From Welwitschia mirabilis (Eukaryota): a DNA stretch of 43,684 nucleotides. Numbering within the stretch: the first letter of the stretch is position 1; each line of letters opens with the position of its first letter. Made by a program: the position numbers and the translations under genes. The notes below the pieces were generated by a model. That model was not told the DNA's origin. It did no database searches and saw only the letters and a program-made list of their open reading frames with translations. The stretch spans positions 27,223,055 to 27,266,738 of the forward strand of contig JBOZIK010000001.1 of assembly GCA_051453625.1 (NCBI GenBank), given 5' to 3'. This document shows positions 12,690-26,621 of the stretch, piece after piece.

Positions 12690-15600
12690 AATTTGTTCCA
12701 TCCTATTAGGGTTTCTTAAATAATTTAGCTTAGGTTTATGATCATAATATATTCTTACTCTTTGTCCCTTCACTTGGTAGATTACATTTTCATTAAGGTT
12801 ATATATTTATATATCTTTATTTTCTAGACTTTTTTAATGGTATAGGGTCTTAGCTATTTTTGTTCATATTTTTGTTTTAAATGGATTTTCTTAATATCAT
12901 AAGTTAATATAGAATCTCATACATTTAAATGTTTTTTTTCTAATTTTATTATCATGATATATCTTGTTTTTTTTTTTGTATATGTTTTTTATATAAAAGA
13001 GATTTTTTTATTTTCATCTAAATTATTTGTATTTTTTATCCTTTTTTTTTTGAGTTTTATCTAAGTTATATTTTAATTCTTTAGCTAATCTAAATGTTTT
13101 TATCCTAAATTAAATTGGCAAAATAACCCTTTTTCCATAGATCAATTCATATCAAGTAAATCTTGTGGCATGTTTTTAAGTTTTTCTATATGCCCATAAA
13201 GCTTCATTTAATTTATCAGCCTAATTGGTTTTCTTACTATTTATAACTTTTTTTAATACTCTATTTAGTTTTCTATTAATTACTTTAGCTTGTCCATTAG
13301 ATTAAGGGCGATAGGTAGTAGGGAGTTTATGGTGGACCCTAAACTTGGTCAAAAATTTCTCAAAGACTTCACTAGTAAAATGGATTTCTTTATCAGATAT
13401 AAGAATATGAAGGGCTCCAAACCAATAGATAATATTTCTAAGAAAAACACTAACTATGGTTTGGGAAGAATAATTAGTCATAACATTAGCCTTAATCCAT
13501 TTAGTAAAGTAATCAACATAAACCAAAATATATCTTTTTTCAAATAATGAAGGATTTATAGGCCTAATAAAATATATTTTCCATACATCAAAAAGGTTCA
13601 ATTATCTGAAGGTAAATGCACATTCTCTTTGATATTTATTACAACCTTAGATATAACCATTTGAATCCTTAAATATAATGGATCAATAGTATCCCAAATA
13701 GAGAATTTTCATTCCTATTCATTTTATACCATAATGTCCTTTTCATTTTCCTTCATGAGCTTCTTTTAAGATTTTATTTTGTAGATTCTCTTCTATAAAT
13801 ATTCTAAAAACATGATTCTTACATTCTCTAAATAACATCTTATCATATCAAATGCAATCTGTAAATTTCCTCAGCAATCTCTTTCTTTCATAGTAAGTCA
13901 TAAAAGATGGTAATTGTTTGCTTACAAGAAAGTTGACTATATCAACATATCATGGAATTGTTGTTACCTAAAAAAGATGTTCATCTTGAAACTAATCTCT
14001 TATGTTGATCTATTTTTCATCCAAAAATTCTAATCTTTAGAGGTAATTTGATACCACGTTCTCTATTCCTTTTCTATCTATACTCTTTATATTAAGTTGT
14101 TGCATTAACAATATCCATCTCATAATTCTCAATTTTGTGTCTTTCTTGTTCATCAATAATCTAATGGCACTATGGTTAATATAAATTTTTACTTTATAAT
14201 ATAAAATATAATGTTTGAATTTTTCTAATGCCATTACCACTACCAATAACTCTTTTTCTATTACTGTGTAATTTTCTTGAGCTACTATGAAGTTCATGCT
14301 AATGTAAGCAATGACATAAGTCTTATTATCTTCATCTTTTATCCTAAACTACTCCTACAACATGATTAGATGCATCAATTATAATGTGAAATGTCCTTGT
14401 CCAATTTGACCCTTGTAAAATAGGTGCTGATAAAAGTTCGTCTCTTAAGGTCTGATAAGCGTTTTGACATTCATTAGTCCATTCATATTCCATATCCTTT
14501 CATAAGATGTTACTCAAAGTTTAACAAATTTACTGAAGTTGGATATGAATCTTGTATAATATCTAACATGTCCTATAAAATATCTCAATTCTTTTAATTT
14601 GATTAGGAATAGGATTCCTTTTATAACTTTAATTTTTTATCCATCAATTTGAATTTCTTTCTGAAAATTCTTGTGTCCTAGCACTAGGTCTTCTATCACC
14701 ATAAGATGACTTTTTGGCCAACTAAGTCTAAGGCATTTTTATTTACATCTTTCTAACACTCTTTCTAGTTTTTTGAGTGACTCATTAAAGTAATTTCCAA
14801 ACATTGAGAAATTATCCATAAATACTTCAAGTAATCTTCCTATTATATCTTGAAAAATTCTATTCACTAATGTTCGAAAAGTAGTGGAAGCATTACATAA
14901 TCTAAATGGTAGTACTTTATAGGCATACATATCTTAATGATAACTGAAAATTGTTTTGTCTTAATCATCTAAAGATATAAAAACTTAGTTATAGGCACTA
15001 TATACAAATAGAAAACTATAGTATTAATTTTTAGATACTCTTTCTAGAATTTGGTCTATAAATGGAAGAAGAAAGTGGTCTGTATAAGTTGTAGTATTTC
15101 ATATTCTAAAGTATATACACACTCTTCATTTATTTCATTTCTTTAATACAACTTTCACAAGATTGATCCATTCTGAATTACATATAGGATAGAAAAATCC
15201 TACATCTGAGAGTTCAAAAATCTCTTATTTAATTATCTCTTGCAGGTGTGGATTACATATTCTTTTTGGTTGTTAGTTTGGTTTGATAGAAGTATCTAAA
15301 TAGATTCTATGTTGAAATATTTTTGTTCTATTCTTTTAATATCTATATGATTCCAAGTAAAGGCTATTTTTTTTTTCTAAATCAATGTTCTCTCAAGTTT
15401 CCTTTCTGAGAATGAGTTAAATAACTATTTATGATTAGAGGTCTATTAGAAGATACTTTGATATATTCTAATCCTTTTTTAAGTGGAGGCTTTACTATCT
15501 TTTGAGCTTTTAAATATTCCTCCTCATATTTTGTTTATTTAACATTATATTAACTTCTTGTATTAGAATTGCATTGGTTTTTACTTTTATGTTTTGTACC

Positions 15601-17860
15601 ATTTCTTCAACAACTACTACATTAGAAAGTTCAATCTCTTTTTTAAAATCTCCTAGACTTATTTTCATTAACCCTCTTGCAAAGAAAATAGTAGCATCTG
15701 TGGTAGCCATCCAAGGTATTTTTAAGATCATTACATGGGTATCTCCTTAAGTCTTCATCATCAATGAATCTAGTAGATAGATGAAACCTTAAACTTCAAT
15801 GGGTACATCATTTAGAACTCCTTTCGATGTTACTACTCAGCCATTTGCTAAGTACGCTTTTTCTTGGTAAGGTATTAAATTTAATTTTCCCAAGTCTTCA
15901 TAATTTTCATAGTTCATAACATTGATACTTACTTCAAGCTTCACAAGTACTTCTACTTTGAGTTTTTCATTAATTTTTACATCTATTGTAGGTGTTTCAG
16001 GATTACTATACTTTTTGTGTTGTTTATTTTGAAGAACTTGTATAGAAGCCTAAGAAAATCGATCCTTTCTCGTCATTTTAATTTTTTTCTTTCTTGTTTC
16101 CTTTTTAGTCTTTTGTTTTGAACAAATACTTTTCATTTATTTCTAATACATAGGCACGTATTTTAATAACTTTAAAAGGGGTAATGATACTTTTATATCT
16201 TCTACTATCTTTGTTAAATATTATATATCCTATTTAACTTTTCAATATTCTATTTGTTTACTTTTCATTTGAAAAGATAAATAATCTTTTGAGGCATTAA
16301 CCACTATTTTTATTTTATTCTATTTTTCTTTTTTTATCTAGGAATTTGCTTGAATTTATATTCTTTTTCCATGATTCATATGTCACTTTCTTCTTCACAT
16401 ATCTATTAGTTATTATCTTATGTATTGTTTCTCTAGGATTCGTTTGAGGTTGGACAAGGATTTTTTCTTCTTTTATTTCTATTTTGATTTTGATTTTTAA
16501 TATTTTGTATCTTTATCATTACAATTTTTATAATAGTTATATTGTTCTTACCTTTTTGAATTTACATACCTTTGTAAAGGTCTTTTTATTTTAAATTTTC
16601 ATTTTCTGCTTTGATAAAGAAATGATTTTGTTCTAGTTTAATGGTGATTTCTATAATTTAAATCTAATATATTTATATCTAGTCAATGAATAAGTTGTTA
16701 CATCTAAGGAAATTTTATTCCATCATGATTATCTTCCTCACAAGATTCACATGTAGGTTCTTCTTCCTTCTTGAAGTGTTGTATAGCTAACTAATTAAAC
16801 TTTTCTATCATACTATTAGTTACATTTTTATCTACTTCTTCTATGGAATCACATGTTTTAAACTATATACACTACTATCTATTTCTAGGATACATATTTG
16901 ATTTGCCTTTTTCTTCTTTTTGTTTTTTATTGATATCTTTGACTCATGTTATAGAGCTGAGTAATGGGTTCTCCCACTTCTTGGACATTCTTTATCTTAA
17001 TCCTTCCTCTGCATAATGAATCTAATTCTTTCAATATTTGACTCTATATTTCTCTAATTATGGCTTTAACTATTACTTAACTTTAACTTCATAATTAGAA
17101 CATTTAGCTAACAATATGTTATACGTATCCATAGACTCATCAAATTGTTTATTATCTCTTTGTTTAATATTCAAGATTTATTCCCTTAGAATTTAACCAT
17201 TCTCACAAGGTAAAATTTGGCTAGGAAATCATTTTTAAGTTTTTTAAAGAACTAAAAACATGATTAGAACATGATTAGGATTCCTATGATACCATAGTTT
17301 AGCATCTCATTTTAAGAAAAAAGGGAAATATCTCAGAAAGTCTAATTCTAAATCAAGATAGTTGGCTTTACAATAGGTATCAAACAAGCTTAAATGTAAT
17401 AATGGTTCTTTTTACCTTCAAAATTGGGTATCATGTAGTATTTATTTTTTTCTTTGTTTGGTTATTATAAGGTTATAGGATTAATAGGATTTAATATTTT
17501 AATCAATGGGTGTTATGATTTAATGGTCTTGAATCTCCATAATCTTCCTAATAGTATTCTATTACAACTTTATTTTCAGATCCTTTTACTTAAACCTTTT
17601 AAGAAGATTCTCCTTATAAGTGAGGTGATGTAAGAATGTTATACAATCATTGCTTAAATTCAATCATTAATTCAGGAAAGATTTGTTTTTTAGCCATCTT
17701 TCTAAGGATGACTTCATCCTTTGTAAAATATTCTTCTTCCACTTCTATTTTAACAATATTTATGGTCCACTCATCTAGACCATATTTATGTGAATCTATA
17801 ACATATTTGTCTTTTTTATTCTATCATTTTCTATGGCTATGTTATTCAATCATTTTTTTT
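12690..17860 (-). pseudogene. Decayed gag-pol of element A
   Basis: gag EPLLHL..FLRYFPFFLK*DAKLWY (~17290-17410); protease remnant VEVLVKLEVSINVM (~15915-15955); RT YAYKVLPFRLCNASTTF..EVFMDNFSMFG (14739-14930); RH NYTVIEKELLVVV (14037-14297); INT YILVYVDYFTKWIKA..LISDKEIHF (13302-13601); C-terminal YQVKGQRVRIY (~12750). Confidence 0.93.
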
Positions 17861-17887
17861 TCATGTCTACTAGTTAACTTTAGATTA

Positions 17888-17905
17888 GCCCTTCTTCTAG
17901 CACCA
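17888..17905 (-). other. Primer-binding site, tRNA-Asn type
   Basis: Minus strand TGGTGCTAGAAGAAGGGC resembles TGGCGCTAGAAGGAGGG, the complement of the plant tRNA-Asn 3' end; 3 bp from the LTR. Confidence 0.8.
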
Positions 17906-17908
17906 AAA

Positions 17909-18828
17909 TGTTGGATTCTTATATGTGAAATAAGTGCAAAAAATATCACTAAATAATATCAAATAATATAAACTAATATTAAGAAAATGTAAAAATTATG
18001 CCACTGGTAACCTAAAACTAAAGATGTTGAGATTCAACTATTTAGTTCAAAATACATCATCATAATAGTCTCATGATGAACTTACTTGAACTATTCAGGT
18101 TGGTTTATTATTATTAAATTATTATGTACATATATTATAACAAGGGGAAATGGTAAAAGTAATAAAGAGTGATAGAACTTAGATGAGATAATGGATACTA
18201 CTTATTTTTAAGTATTGTTAATTATCCTAGTTTATGTTCAGCTACATAAATAGAAGCAAATAGAGATAATCTTACCTTTTCAAATAGTAAAATATACATA
18301 CAATAATACTCAAATATGCTTTTCATCTTTATATTAAAATACTAATTTTTACATAAAGATGCACTAAGACTTGTATTATTCTTTATAGGTAACACTATAG
18401 AGTATTTAAAATGTTGTTGCACCCTTTACAGGATAGGGAGAGCTCCCTTTCTTGATCGTATTACCTTATCTATTTTTAGAACATTTTGCTAAAAATATTG
18501 TTAACTTTTATGGTGATCCTATTCTTATACCCTTATCTATTTTTCTATTTACATTCTTTTCTCCTTAGGAATAGGTATATTATTAAGATTCATTACTACT
18601 TTTTTGCCATCTCAAACTTTTCTTTTATCGTCATGCCATATGACATCCTATACCTAAAATAAAATAATAAAATATACATATTAATGTACTAACATACAAA
18701 CTAACTATTCTATTTATTAGTAATTATACTTATAAATAAAAACATCTATTGTTATTTAAAATGCATGATTAAGATAATGAAAAAACTTCATTAATAAGCA
18801 CAATTGATATTAAAATTTATCCTCATTA
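17909..18828 (-). repeat. 5' LTR of element A
   Basis: Direct repeat of 6099-7060, adjacent to the PBS. Confidence 0.9.
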
Positions 18829-18833
18829 GATAT

Positions 18834-19315
18834 TAAGGATGTTACTTATTTACTTACCTAATTGATTAGAGTCCAATTTCCAATTTTCTACATCAATTAA
18901 TGTATCCCGTAGTGCCTTGAGATTTTGTATTTTTTTTGAAGACTTTTTCTTTGTTGCATTAGGTAGTAACATAACTATTGTGACTTGATTAATCACATAT
19001 GTAATAAGAAGGCTTTTTTTTTTTTTTAATTCTAAGATCTAATTTAGTTATTATACATAAATAGTGGTACATGTAATGGTGTGAAATATGCTAGCCTAGT
19101 ATAGATTCATTCAACATGTGTCATTCCATATGGGTAGATGACTAAAGGCTTTTAGTTACCCAAATGTTCCTTAATCTATTCTACACAAACTAATGTAACA
19201 ATCTACTAGTCCTCTAGGTATTATTAGTGTAGTACCTATATTTGGATTTTATTATACATCTATAACGATAATGACCTTTACAATGAAAATAATTACAAAT
19301 GATGTTATTTGTATA
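18834..19315 (-). pseudogene. SIRE-like gag C-terminus / protease start remnant
   Basis: ICNYFHCKGHYRYRC (degenerate CCHC knuckle, 19256-19297), then RNIWVTK (~19150-19170), then ENWKLDS (~18868-18888); same order as copia/SIRE knuckle-WVPK-WYLDS. Confidence 0.6.
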
Positions 19316-21094
19316 TGATAAGTGCTCAAGAAAATACCTAGAATTTCAATTGCCTATGTGTACAAAATAGGGCTAAAGGCTAAGTAATATCTCAACTAAA
19401 CTACATGTGTGTAGGAAGTGATAATAACGAAGAAATTGTTTACAAAAGATGCATGTGCATAGGTTTGAAAATTCGATANNNNNNNNNNNNNNNNNNNNNN
19501 NNNNNNNNNNNNNNNNNNNNNNNNNNNNNNNNNNNNNNNNNNNNNNNNNNNNNNNNNNNNNNNNNNNNNNNNNNNNNNAATTCGATAGCACAAATTTTAA
19601 AAAGTTGATTTTTCGTAATGCTAAAATCGAACTCGTCGCCTCTATTTTCTCAACCAATAGTCTTTACCATTATACTAATGATTTGTTGATGAAAAATTAA
19701 ATGATAGAATAATAAAAATAGGTTTCTTTGGATGGAGATAAGAGATAGAGTAGGTAACTATGGGAGTTACACATAAGAATGGTAGATTAAACACTAGTGG
19801 ATGTAGGCACTTACACAATGCTTCTTTGGTTAAGAGTAGATCACTAGTAGAAAAAAATGGCAAGGTAGGCACTGTAATGCACAACTATAATGATGCGAAT
19901 TGATAAACTACGAAGTAAGAAAAGAGCAACACAAAGATCAACAAAAATCATTAGTTACTAAAATAGGTGAGAAAGATCATAAGTGGTGGGTCAATCAGTG
20001 TAGGTAACGGAAGGCAGTGTAGTGATAATTCAAAGAAAATACATATGGATCAGCTATAAAAACATAGGCACTGCAAGCAAAGTTCACAAGTGCTCAGTGG
20101 ATGATAGCTAGATAAAATGACAAGGTAGTAGGTTCCACAAATATGAACAGGACCATGGTGTATAGAGCATCACAAATGCAGATGTAATAGGCATATAGTA
20201 CAAAGAAAAAAAAGGTCATAGGGTCTCAGCTAGCAAAGGCATCGAGAACCATAATTATAAGGAAAAAAAAGTGTCAACTAGCACAAGTAGATGAGAAGAA
20301 AATAGGTAGAGATGATTGGTGGCTCATCTACATGAGAGGAGGAGTACAAGGCTTGCAAAAAATAAAGTAAAGGCATACACATGCATAAATCCACTCACAA
20401 AGTCTATAGTATAGGAGACATTGTAGTGTGGACAATGTAAATCAGTAGGGTAGAGCACACAAAGAGCAGTAGAGGTAGGATCAGGCAAAAGTGTGTTACA
20501 TAGGCAGATTAGCGGGAGTGAATAGTAGGTCAATAATACATAAAGTAGTATATTAGCAACACATAGGCAGAGTGGCACAAGGATGAAGCAAGTAGTAGGT
20601 GCATAGGCATAAACGAGGGGTGGTCAATATAGGTTAATCTTGTAAACCAACAAAATTTTTTTTTTTAAATATGAATATTTTATATAAAAAATAACCAATG
20701 TTGATAAATAAACTATCCTTTTAAAAAATAATACTCCCTTAAAAAATTGTATTTCCTTAAAAAAATCCTCTTTTTTCAAAAAAAAAAAAAATCTCCGTCG
20801 AAGGACCTATCTCCCTTGAGAAGAAAAAGAATCTGCCTCTCAAAAAAAATATTTTTATATTTTGCAAAAAATAGGCAAAAATTAAAAAGTAGAAGAAAAT
20901 AGGATAGAGAAGGAGAGGGTAAAGGGAAGCCCAAGAAGCCACATAGAAGGGCTAAAAAAACTCCAAAAATAATTCTTCAAGAGCTCTTCTAAAGCTTTGA
21001 TGGAGGAAATAAGAAGCCTGAAGAATTTCAACAATGGTTAAGACGCTTTAAGAGGCTCAAGAACCCTATCTTGGAAGCTCCATGAGATCTTTTC

Positions 21095-21433
21095 AAAAGT
21101 TTTGATACCACTTATTAAGAAACAAGAATGCTCAAAAATAGAGAGCACAAGATTTTCAAATCAAAATTTTGCTTCTCTTCTTTCTTGTAAAAAGTTCTGA
21201 TACCACTTGTTAGGAAATAAGAATTCTAAAAAATGGAGAGCATAATATTTCAAAATTAAAATATTATTTCTCTTCTTTCTTATTCAACAAAGAGCTTGCT
21301 TAAATAGATAAGAATACTACAAGGGTTTCATATATCCTTAGGTATAGGAACATGATGTATACTAGCCTTAGCAATAAGGAGATGTGAAGTATGACCAATT
21401 GATCCCTTAGTAAAATACCAATAGCTATCAACA
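21095..21433 (-). mobile_element. Short LTR (21208-21433) with tRNA-Met PBS and a duplicated PBS/LTR-end junction; copia- or TRIM-like fragment
   Basis: TGTTAG...TCAACA, 226 bp; minus strand TGGTATCAGAA at 21195-21205 and TGGTATCAAAA at 21100-21110; ~95-bp direct duplication. Confidence 0.65.
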
Positions 21434-21545
21434 CTACCAAATATCCCTATCTAGAAAGTTTACCTTGGTATAATAGGACATCATAGTGATCATGTTTTTA
21501 TCTATTATATAAAATATCTTTATTTTTTTTTTTTTTTTATCACTC

Positions 21546-21548
<3 letters not shown>

Positions 21549-21606
<58 letters not shown>
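21549..21606. repeat. (CT)n microsatellite, preceded by a T run
   Basis: Directly visible. Confidence 0.98.
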
Positions 21607-21607
<1 letters not shown>

Positions 21608-22449
21608 ATCCAACATGATCAAGTACTTTTAAGAATAAGAGCGAATCAATGAGATGATAATTAAGGAAGAACACATTCAAACTACTAAAAACTCATACCA
21701 TTAAGAAAAAAAGAAAAGAACTAAAACATCTTCTTTTAAAATGAAGTTCATAGATGTACAAATGTTTTAATATTAGTTGAATTCAATTTTACCATGTTAA
21801 AATATCCAAGTAAAAGATTACTAGTCATGTTACCTTCATATAGTAAAGCATAAGTCATGTTAAAGATGTTTAAGTAATAGAATGACATCCACTAAAGGAA
21901 TTAACTAAGAAAGAATCCAGACAATGGTAGGATAACTTCTAAGACAAGTGCTTCTATCATATTCAAGTTTTAATTGGTAGGTAATTCATGGATTTTTAAC
22001 CTTCTATCTATTGAACTTTTAAATTTCCCTAGTGTTAAAATTGGAAATCTAAACTAAGCCATGAGAATGTACTTTCTCTAAAAGATAAGGACCTAAACAT
22101 TTAAAGGTTAACTTGCTATGTAAATATGACACATAATAATAAAAATCAAGGACAAAAACATATGAACATAAAAAAAATATAAAAATACCCAAGAAAAATT
22201 AAAACAAGTTTTATTCAGGTCTTTATTTAAGAGAAAAAGAAATATTTATTTTTTTAAGGATGTGAGCCTATGTATTATACCTTTTAAAAAAATAAGGATA
22301 AAACCAAATAGAAACCACTTGATAAAACATAAAATGTATATAATCATTTTTTTGAATAAAATTAATTAAAAGTAAAGATAATAAAAGGATATAATCTTGA
22401 TAGCACAAATTTTCAAATCTAGATAAGAGATGAAAAAGTAATGAATTTT

Positions 22450-24810
22450 ATTGAAAAATAATCTCTTATTAAAGGGACATAAATCATGATTATCATTACA
22501 TAATGCATTTAAGAAACTACACAAAGAATGAATCCAAGATGTTTTTTAAGACTTTTTAGAATGTTTATTAAGATCAAGAGGCTTTTTAACATTAAATTAA
22601 GATATGTATTTCTATCAAGGAGGTAAGGCTTTCTCTAATTATTATGATGAAATAATACTTTTACTTCATAGAATTTATTAGCAATATAATGGATAAAACA
22701 TTCATAAAATTCATGGAAAAACAATCTCTTATTAAACTTATCATATAAATAATTTGAAACATAGATTTTATTCAAATATCGATATTGAAAATGAAAGATA
22801 TTAATGGTACTATTATGAATTCAAAGATTTTGAGGATGCTTCTTAGGATAACTAATTAGGATAAGTTTAACATACTTAAGAAACTCCCTAAGGTTTAATT
22901 TTAAGCATGGATTACTATAAAGAAGATAAGGTATATCCCAATTTAAAATTTCAAGATATTCAAACTCATACTTTTGAAAAGAGTAATCATTAAAGGCACA
23001 AGATAAAGTGGACTTTGTAACAGAGGGAAGGATGTTACTTTGAGTATCACATGGAGTTTTAAGAGGAAAAGAGTAAGATATGTTAGGAATAGACTTCTCA
23101 AGGTTATGTATTACATGAATGATCAAATGAAAGATATAGAGAAATATTACCTTTATTAAGATTAAAAGATAATGTGGAAGTAGAAGTAGAAGGAAGGATA
23201 TCATTTTGTATTTCACATAAAGTAAAATTGAAAGGAATGAAGAAACATGGGTAGACTTTTAGGTTGGATTGTTGCATTGCAAGGTAAAAGCTTATTCTCC
23301 ATGAATATTTGTTGAATTTCTATGGTTTCTTTATTATTTATATCCTCCTTATTATTGTGTTTATCACTACATTGTTGAAAGCTCTCTTAAATTTTTTCAT
23401 CATTATATTTAACTATATATTCCTATTATTCATTATACTCATTACTATTTTGTTTAATATTATTGTCTTTTTCTAAGTTTTTAAATTCATCAAAAATTTC
23501 CTAAAGAAAAATGTGCTCAGCATCTTCTACCTTATCGTCCTTTTCTTCATCATATTATTACATGTCATTATTATCTAAATTATTAGATCCATAAAAAAAT
23601 CATAAAGAAAAATGTTATCATTATTTTCTTCATGGTTTAAAAATATTTTATTTTCTTCATGAAATGATTTTTCTATTTCATTTGGATTTCCTAATAGTAA
23701 CTAAATTCCATGGAGTTAATCTAGTATCTTACTATCATAATTTGATGAATAATAATCCTCATCTTTCTTATTAAATAATTGAGTTGAATCATCATTATCT
23801 TTATTTTCTCCATCTCCTAATGAGTGGGATGTTGTAAGTTGATTCATAGTTTTATGTTCTATTTTAAAACAATAATTGTTGCTACTTATTTCTAAGTTCT
23901 TCTCATTCTTTTTAAAATGGGAGGTAGTAGGATAGGTTTGAGAATGTTGCATTATAATAAAACTTCTAGATAATTGTTTTATAATAAATTTTATTGAATA
24001 ATTGCATATAGATTTTCTAGATCCTTGATGGTATCTTCTTTTCTCTTCTTTATTTTTTCAATTGTTTTTTTCACTGATTTATTTCTTTCTTCATTATAAT
24101 TCATGTGAGATTGATGGAATTTGCTAAATTGATTATATAATACTTCTCTAAATGAGGTCAAAACCTAAAATGTTAAAACTCTCCTTGTCATTTTTACATG
24201 AATCCTGAAAAGAAGGGGGTAAAAACAAGAACATTGAAAAGAGGAAGGGACCTCATTCCTAGTATTAACATAATTTGGTATTGCCCACCTTATTTTGGAA
24301 AATATTTCTTTAAGTGTTTTTTATCATTATCCTCAAAAATTCTCATGTTTCTCCTTCTTTTAGCAAGTATTTCTTGAAGGGTTCTTTTATCACTAGAAAT
24401 ATATGAGAGGGATGAATAAGAACGATTCATGTTTCTAATTTCTATATCATCACTAGGAGATAAGTCAAAAGGCTTTTGGATTTCACATTTCCTTTTAGCA
24501 ATTAAATCTCTAAGTTTAACATTTGTATTTAAATTAGATATTCCTATCATGATTGACATAATAGACATCAGTACATAGATGAAGAAGGAATAAAAGGATA
24601 TGCTTCTATTATATTATTTACACAATGTTCTTTTGATAATTTAGCTCTAAATAACAAGAGTAGAAAAAAAGTTTCTTTAATTATTAGATTTTATGTATCT
24701 TAGATATATGTACATAGATTTTTTTTATATTTAAATAAGCCTTCTCTGTAATTTTCATTAATTAAGCTTTATTCCCTCTGATATTTTATCTTTTCACTAG
24801 AATTTACCAT
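22450..24810 (-). pseudogene. Decayed orphan ORF of family B copy 2
   Basis: ATG at 24810 homologous to ATG at 201; same-strand ORF fragments at 24290-24568, 23716-23952 and 22821-23216; 3' end uncertain. Confidence 0.45.
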
Positions 24811-25093
24811 GTTGTCACATGCTCAGAAAAATGTTGGAACATACATTGTCTTATCAATTATCTAAATGCTATCTTAAACAATCACTATATAAAAATAAAA
24901 AACAAAAATAGAGAAAAATAAAGTTCACAAAAAAATAGAATAGAAATAGAAACTAACATTTATCTCTCGAGTCATCTAGATGATAGAAGAAATGACAAGA
25001 TTATTATGCCATAAAAAACTGAAAAACCTAATTTGTGGAAAAACATAAAACTCTATTTTTATGAATCATTGTCTATGCATGTAGTCTAGATAA

Positions 25094-26441
25094 TGTTGTA
25101 GTTTTAATTTTTACGATCTTTAAGTCCTTACATAAAACTTGTAAATCAAAACACTTGTATAAAAACACACACTAGTATAGATGTAAGTGAACTTGAATGT
25201 TGTAATCTATTGAAGGAACTAGGCTAGAAGTTATAGAATTGATCTCAATAAAGTACTTTTAGTTATTTTTCATTTAGTAAATGAAAATATATAACAATGC
25301 AAATGCAATGCAAGATGAATGATGATGAAATGTAAATGTAATAAATAATGAATCTATTTGACTTCAATCTTTCTATCAGTAAAATTAGTTCTTGTAACTT
25401 AGATTAATTAAGAAAACTATTACTTAATCTTAACCAACATGAGCTATGAGATATATCAAATATAATATGCAAATATAAAAATAAAATATGAAATAAATGC
25501 AAAAATAAACTAATAGTGTCAATCTCAACAAAGGTTGTCCTCATTATCTAGATCAACTATGAAGCTGTCACAGAATCATAACCAATAAATCATAAGGGTA
25601 GTTCACACAATAGAAGTAAAAATATTTCTTATATTAATTATGAATTAACATCCACTTATAAACAAACTAGTATCATCTCAATGGAGTATACATAGTCCAA
25701 CATTAAGGAAAACTTTTCTCTGTAGCATGAGATGATCCTTCTATCCTTAAATCTTCAATCACAAGAATATCTAGTATAAAAATGAATTGGAAGTAATAAC
25801 AAGAAAGGTATTTGTAGATTTCAATTAAAGGTTCTAGAACTATAACCCTAGAACTTAGAGAGGAAAGTCTAGTACCCTGGATGGGATGCATGACCCCATT
25901 ACAAGATAATTTAATTTCATTTATAAAAAATAATTTTCATCCAAACTATCATAGAGATGACACTAGGATGATATTCCATGATAATAGATGAGTCACTAAA
26001 TTTTGGCTCCATAATCAGTTCCATAGTTTACTCTAAATGTGTTATCATCTTACATGTCTTAGGGATGACACTAGGAATGACCCCTCCTTAAAAAAGGAGC
26101 CTTATTGGCTCTTAGCTCTTATCCATATCAATGTCCCAATTAGGTGCTAAATTTTTATCACCTTGAATGTCATGGGATAATAGTGGGGATAAAAGTAAGT
26201 ATGATAGTCTTCCTTATCTTTTCTACTAAAAGAAATCTACTTTCTGCATTATTGATCTTCCTTCAAAACAATAAGTATTAGAATAGGCCTAAAATTCCTT
26301 CAAATATGTCAAGAATTACATATTTCTATGATGATCCCATCAACTCTCCATTATTATTAGAATTGCATTTGAACCTATATAAATGTCGTACAAAAGTACT
26401 CAAAATACTCCATCAAATTAGTGTAAATTGGCATTGCAATA
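25094..26441 (-). mobile_element. Family B LTR, probably a solo LTR inserted in the leader of copy 2
   Basis: TGTTG...CAATA termini; homologous to 667-2578 and 26622-27869; no PBS on its inner side; no clean TSD. Confidence 0.75.
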
Positions 26442-26600
26442 TAGGATAATAGGGCTTTTTTTGCATAATTGAAATCAAAAAATATAAAAAAAAACTATGA
26501 AATATATAGTAAGAATATAGTACTATTTCAAATAAATAAATTAAATCAAAATCCAAGGTACTTATTTGTGTAACGATAATCCTATAGCACCTTGTGACCT

Positions 26601-26618
26601 TTCCTAGCAATTACACCA
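26601..26618 (-). other. Decayed tRNA-Asp-type PBS
   Basis: Minus strand TGGTGTAATTGCTAGGAA, 11/18 to TGGCGCCGTTGCCGGGGA, 3 bp from the LTR; flank matches 595-645. Confidence 0.7.
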
Positions 26619-26621
26619 AAA

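Larger units (their letters stand above)
6099..18828 (-). mobile_element. Full-length decayed Athila-like Ty3/gypsy LTR retrotransposon (element A)
   Basis: LTR pair, PBS, PPT and gag-PR-RT-RH-INT order; 5-bp TSD GATGT (6094-6098) / GATAT (18829-18833). Confidence 0.92.

Noticed and set aside
13290..13547. + strand 85-aa ORF (also 17636-17956)
   Set aside because: Antisense to the integrase and gag remnants of element A.
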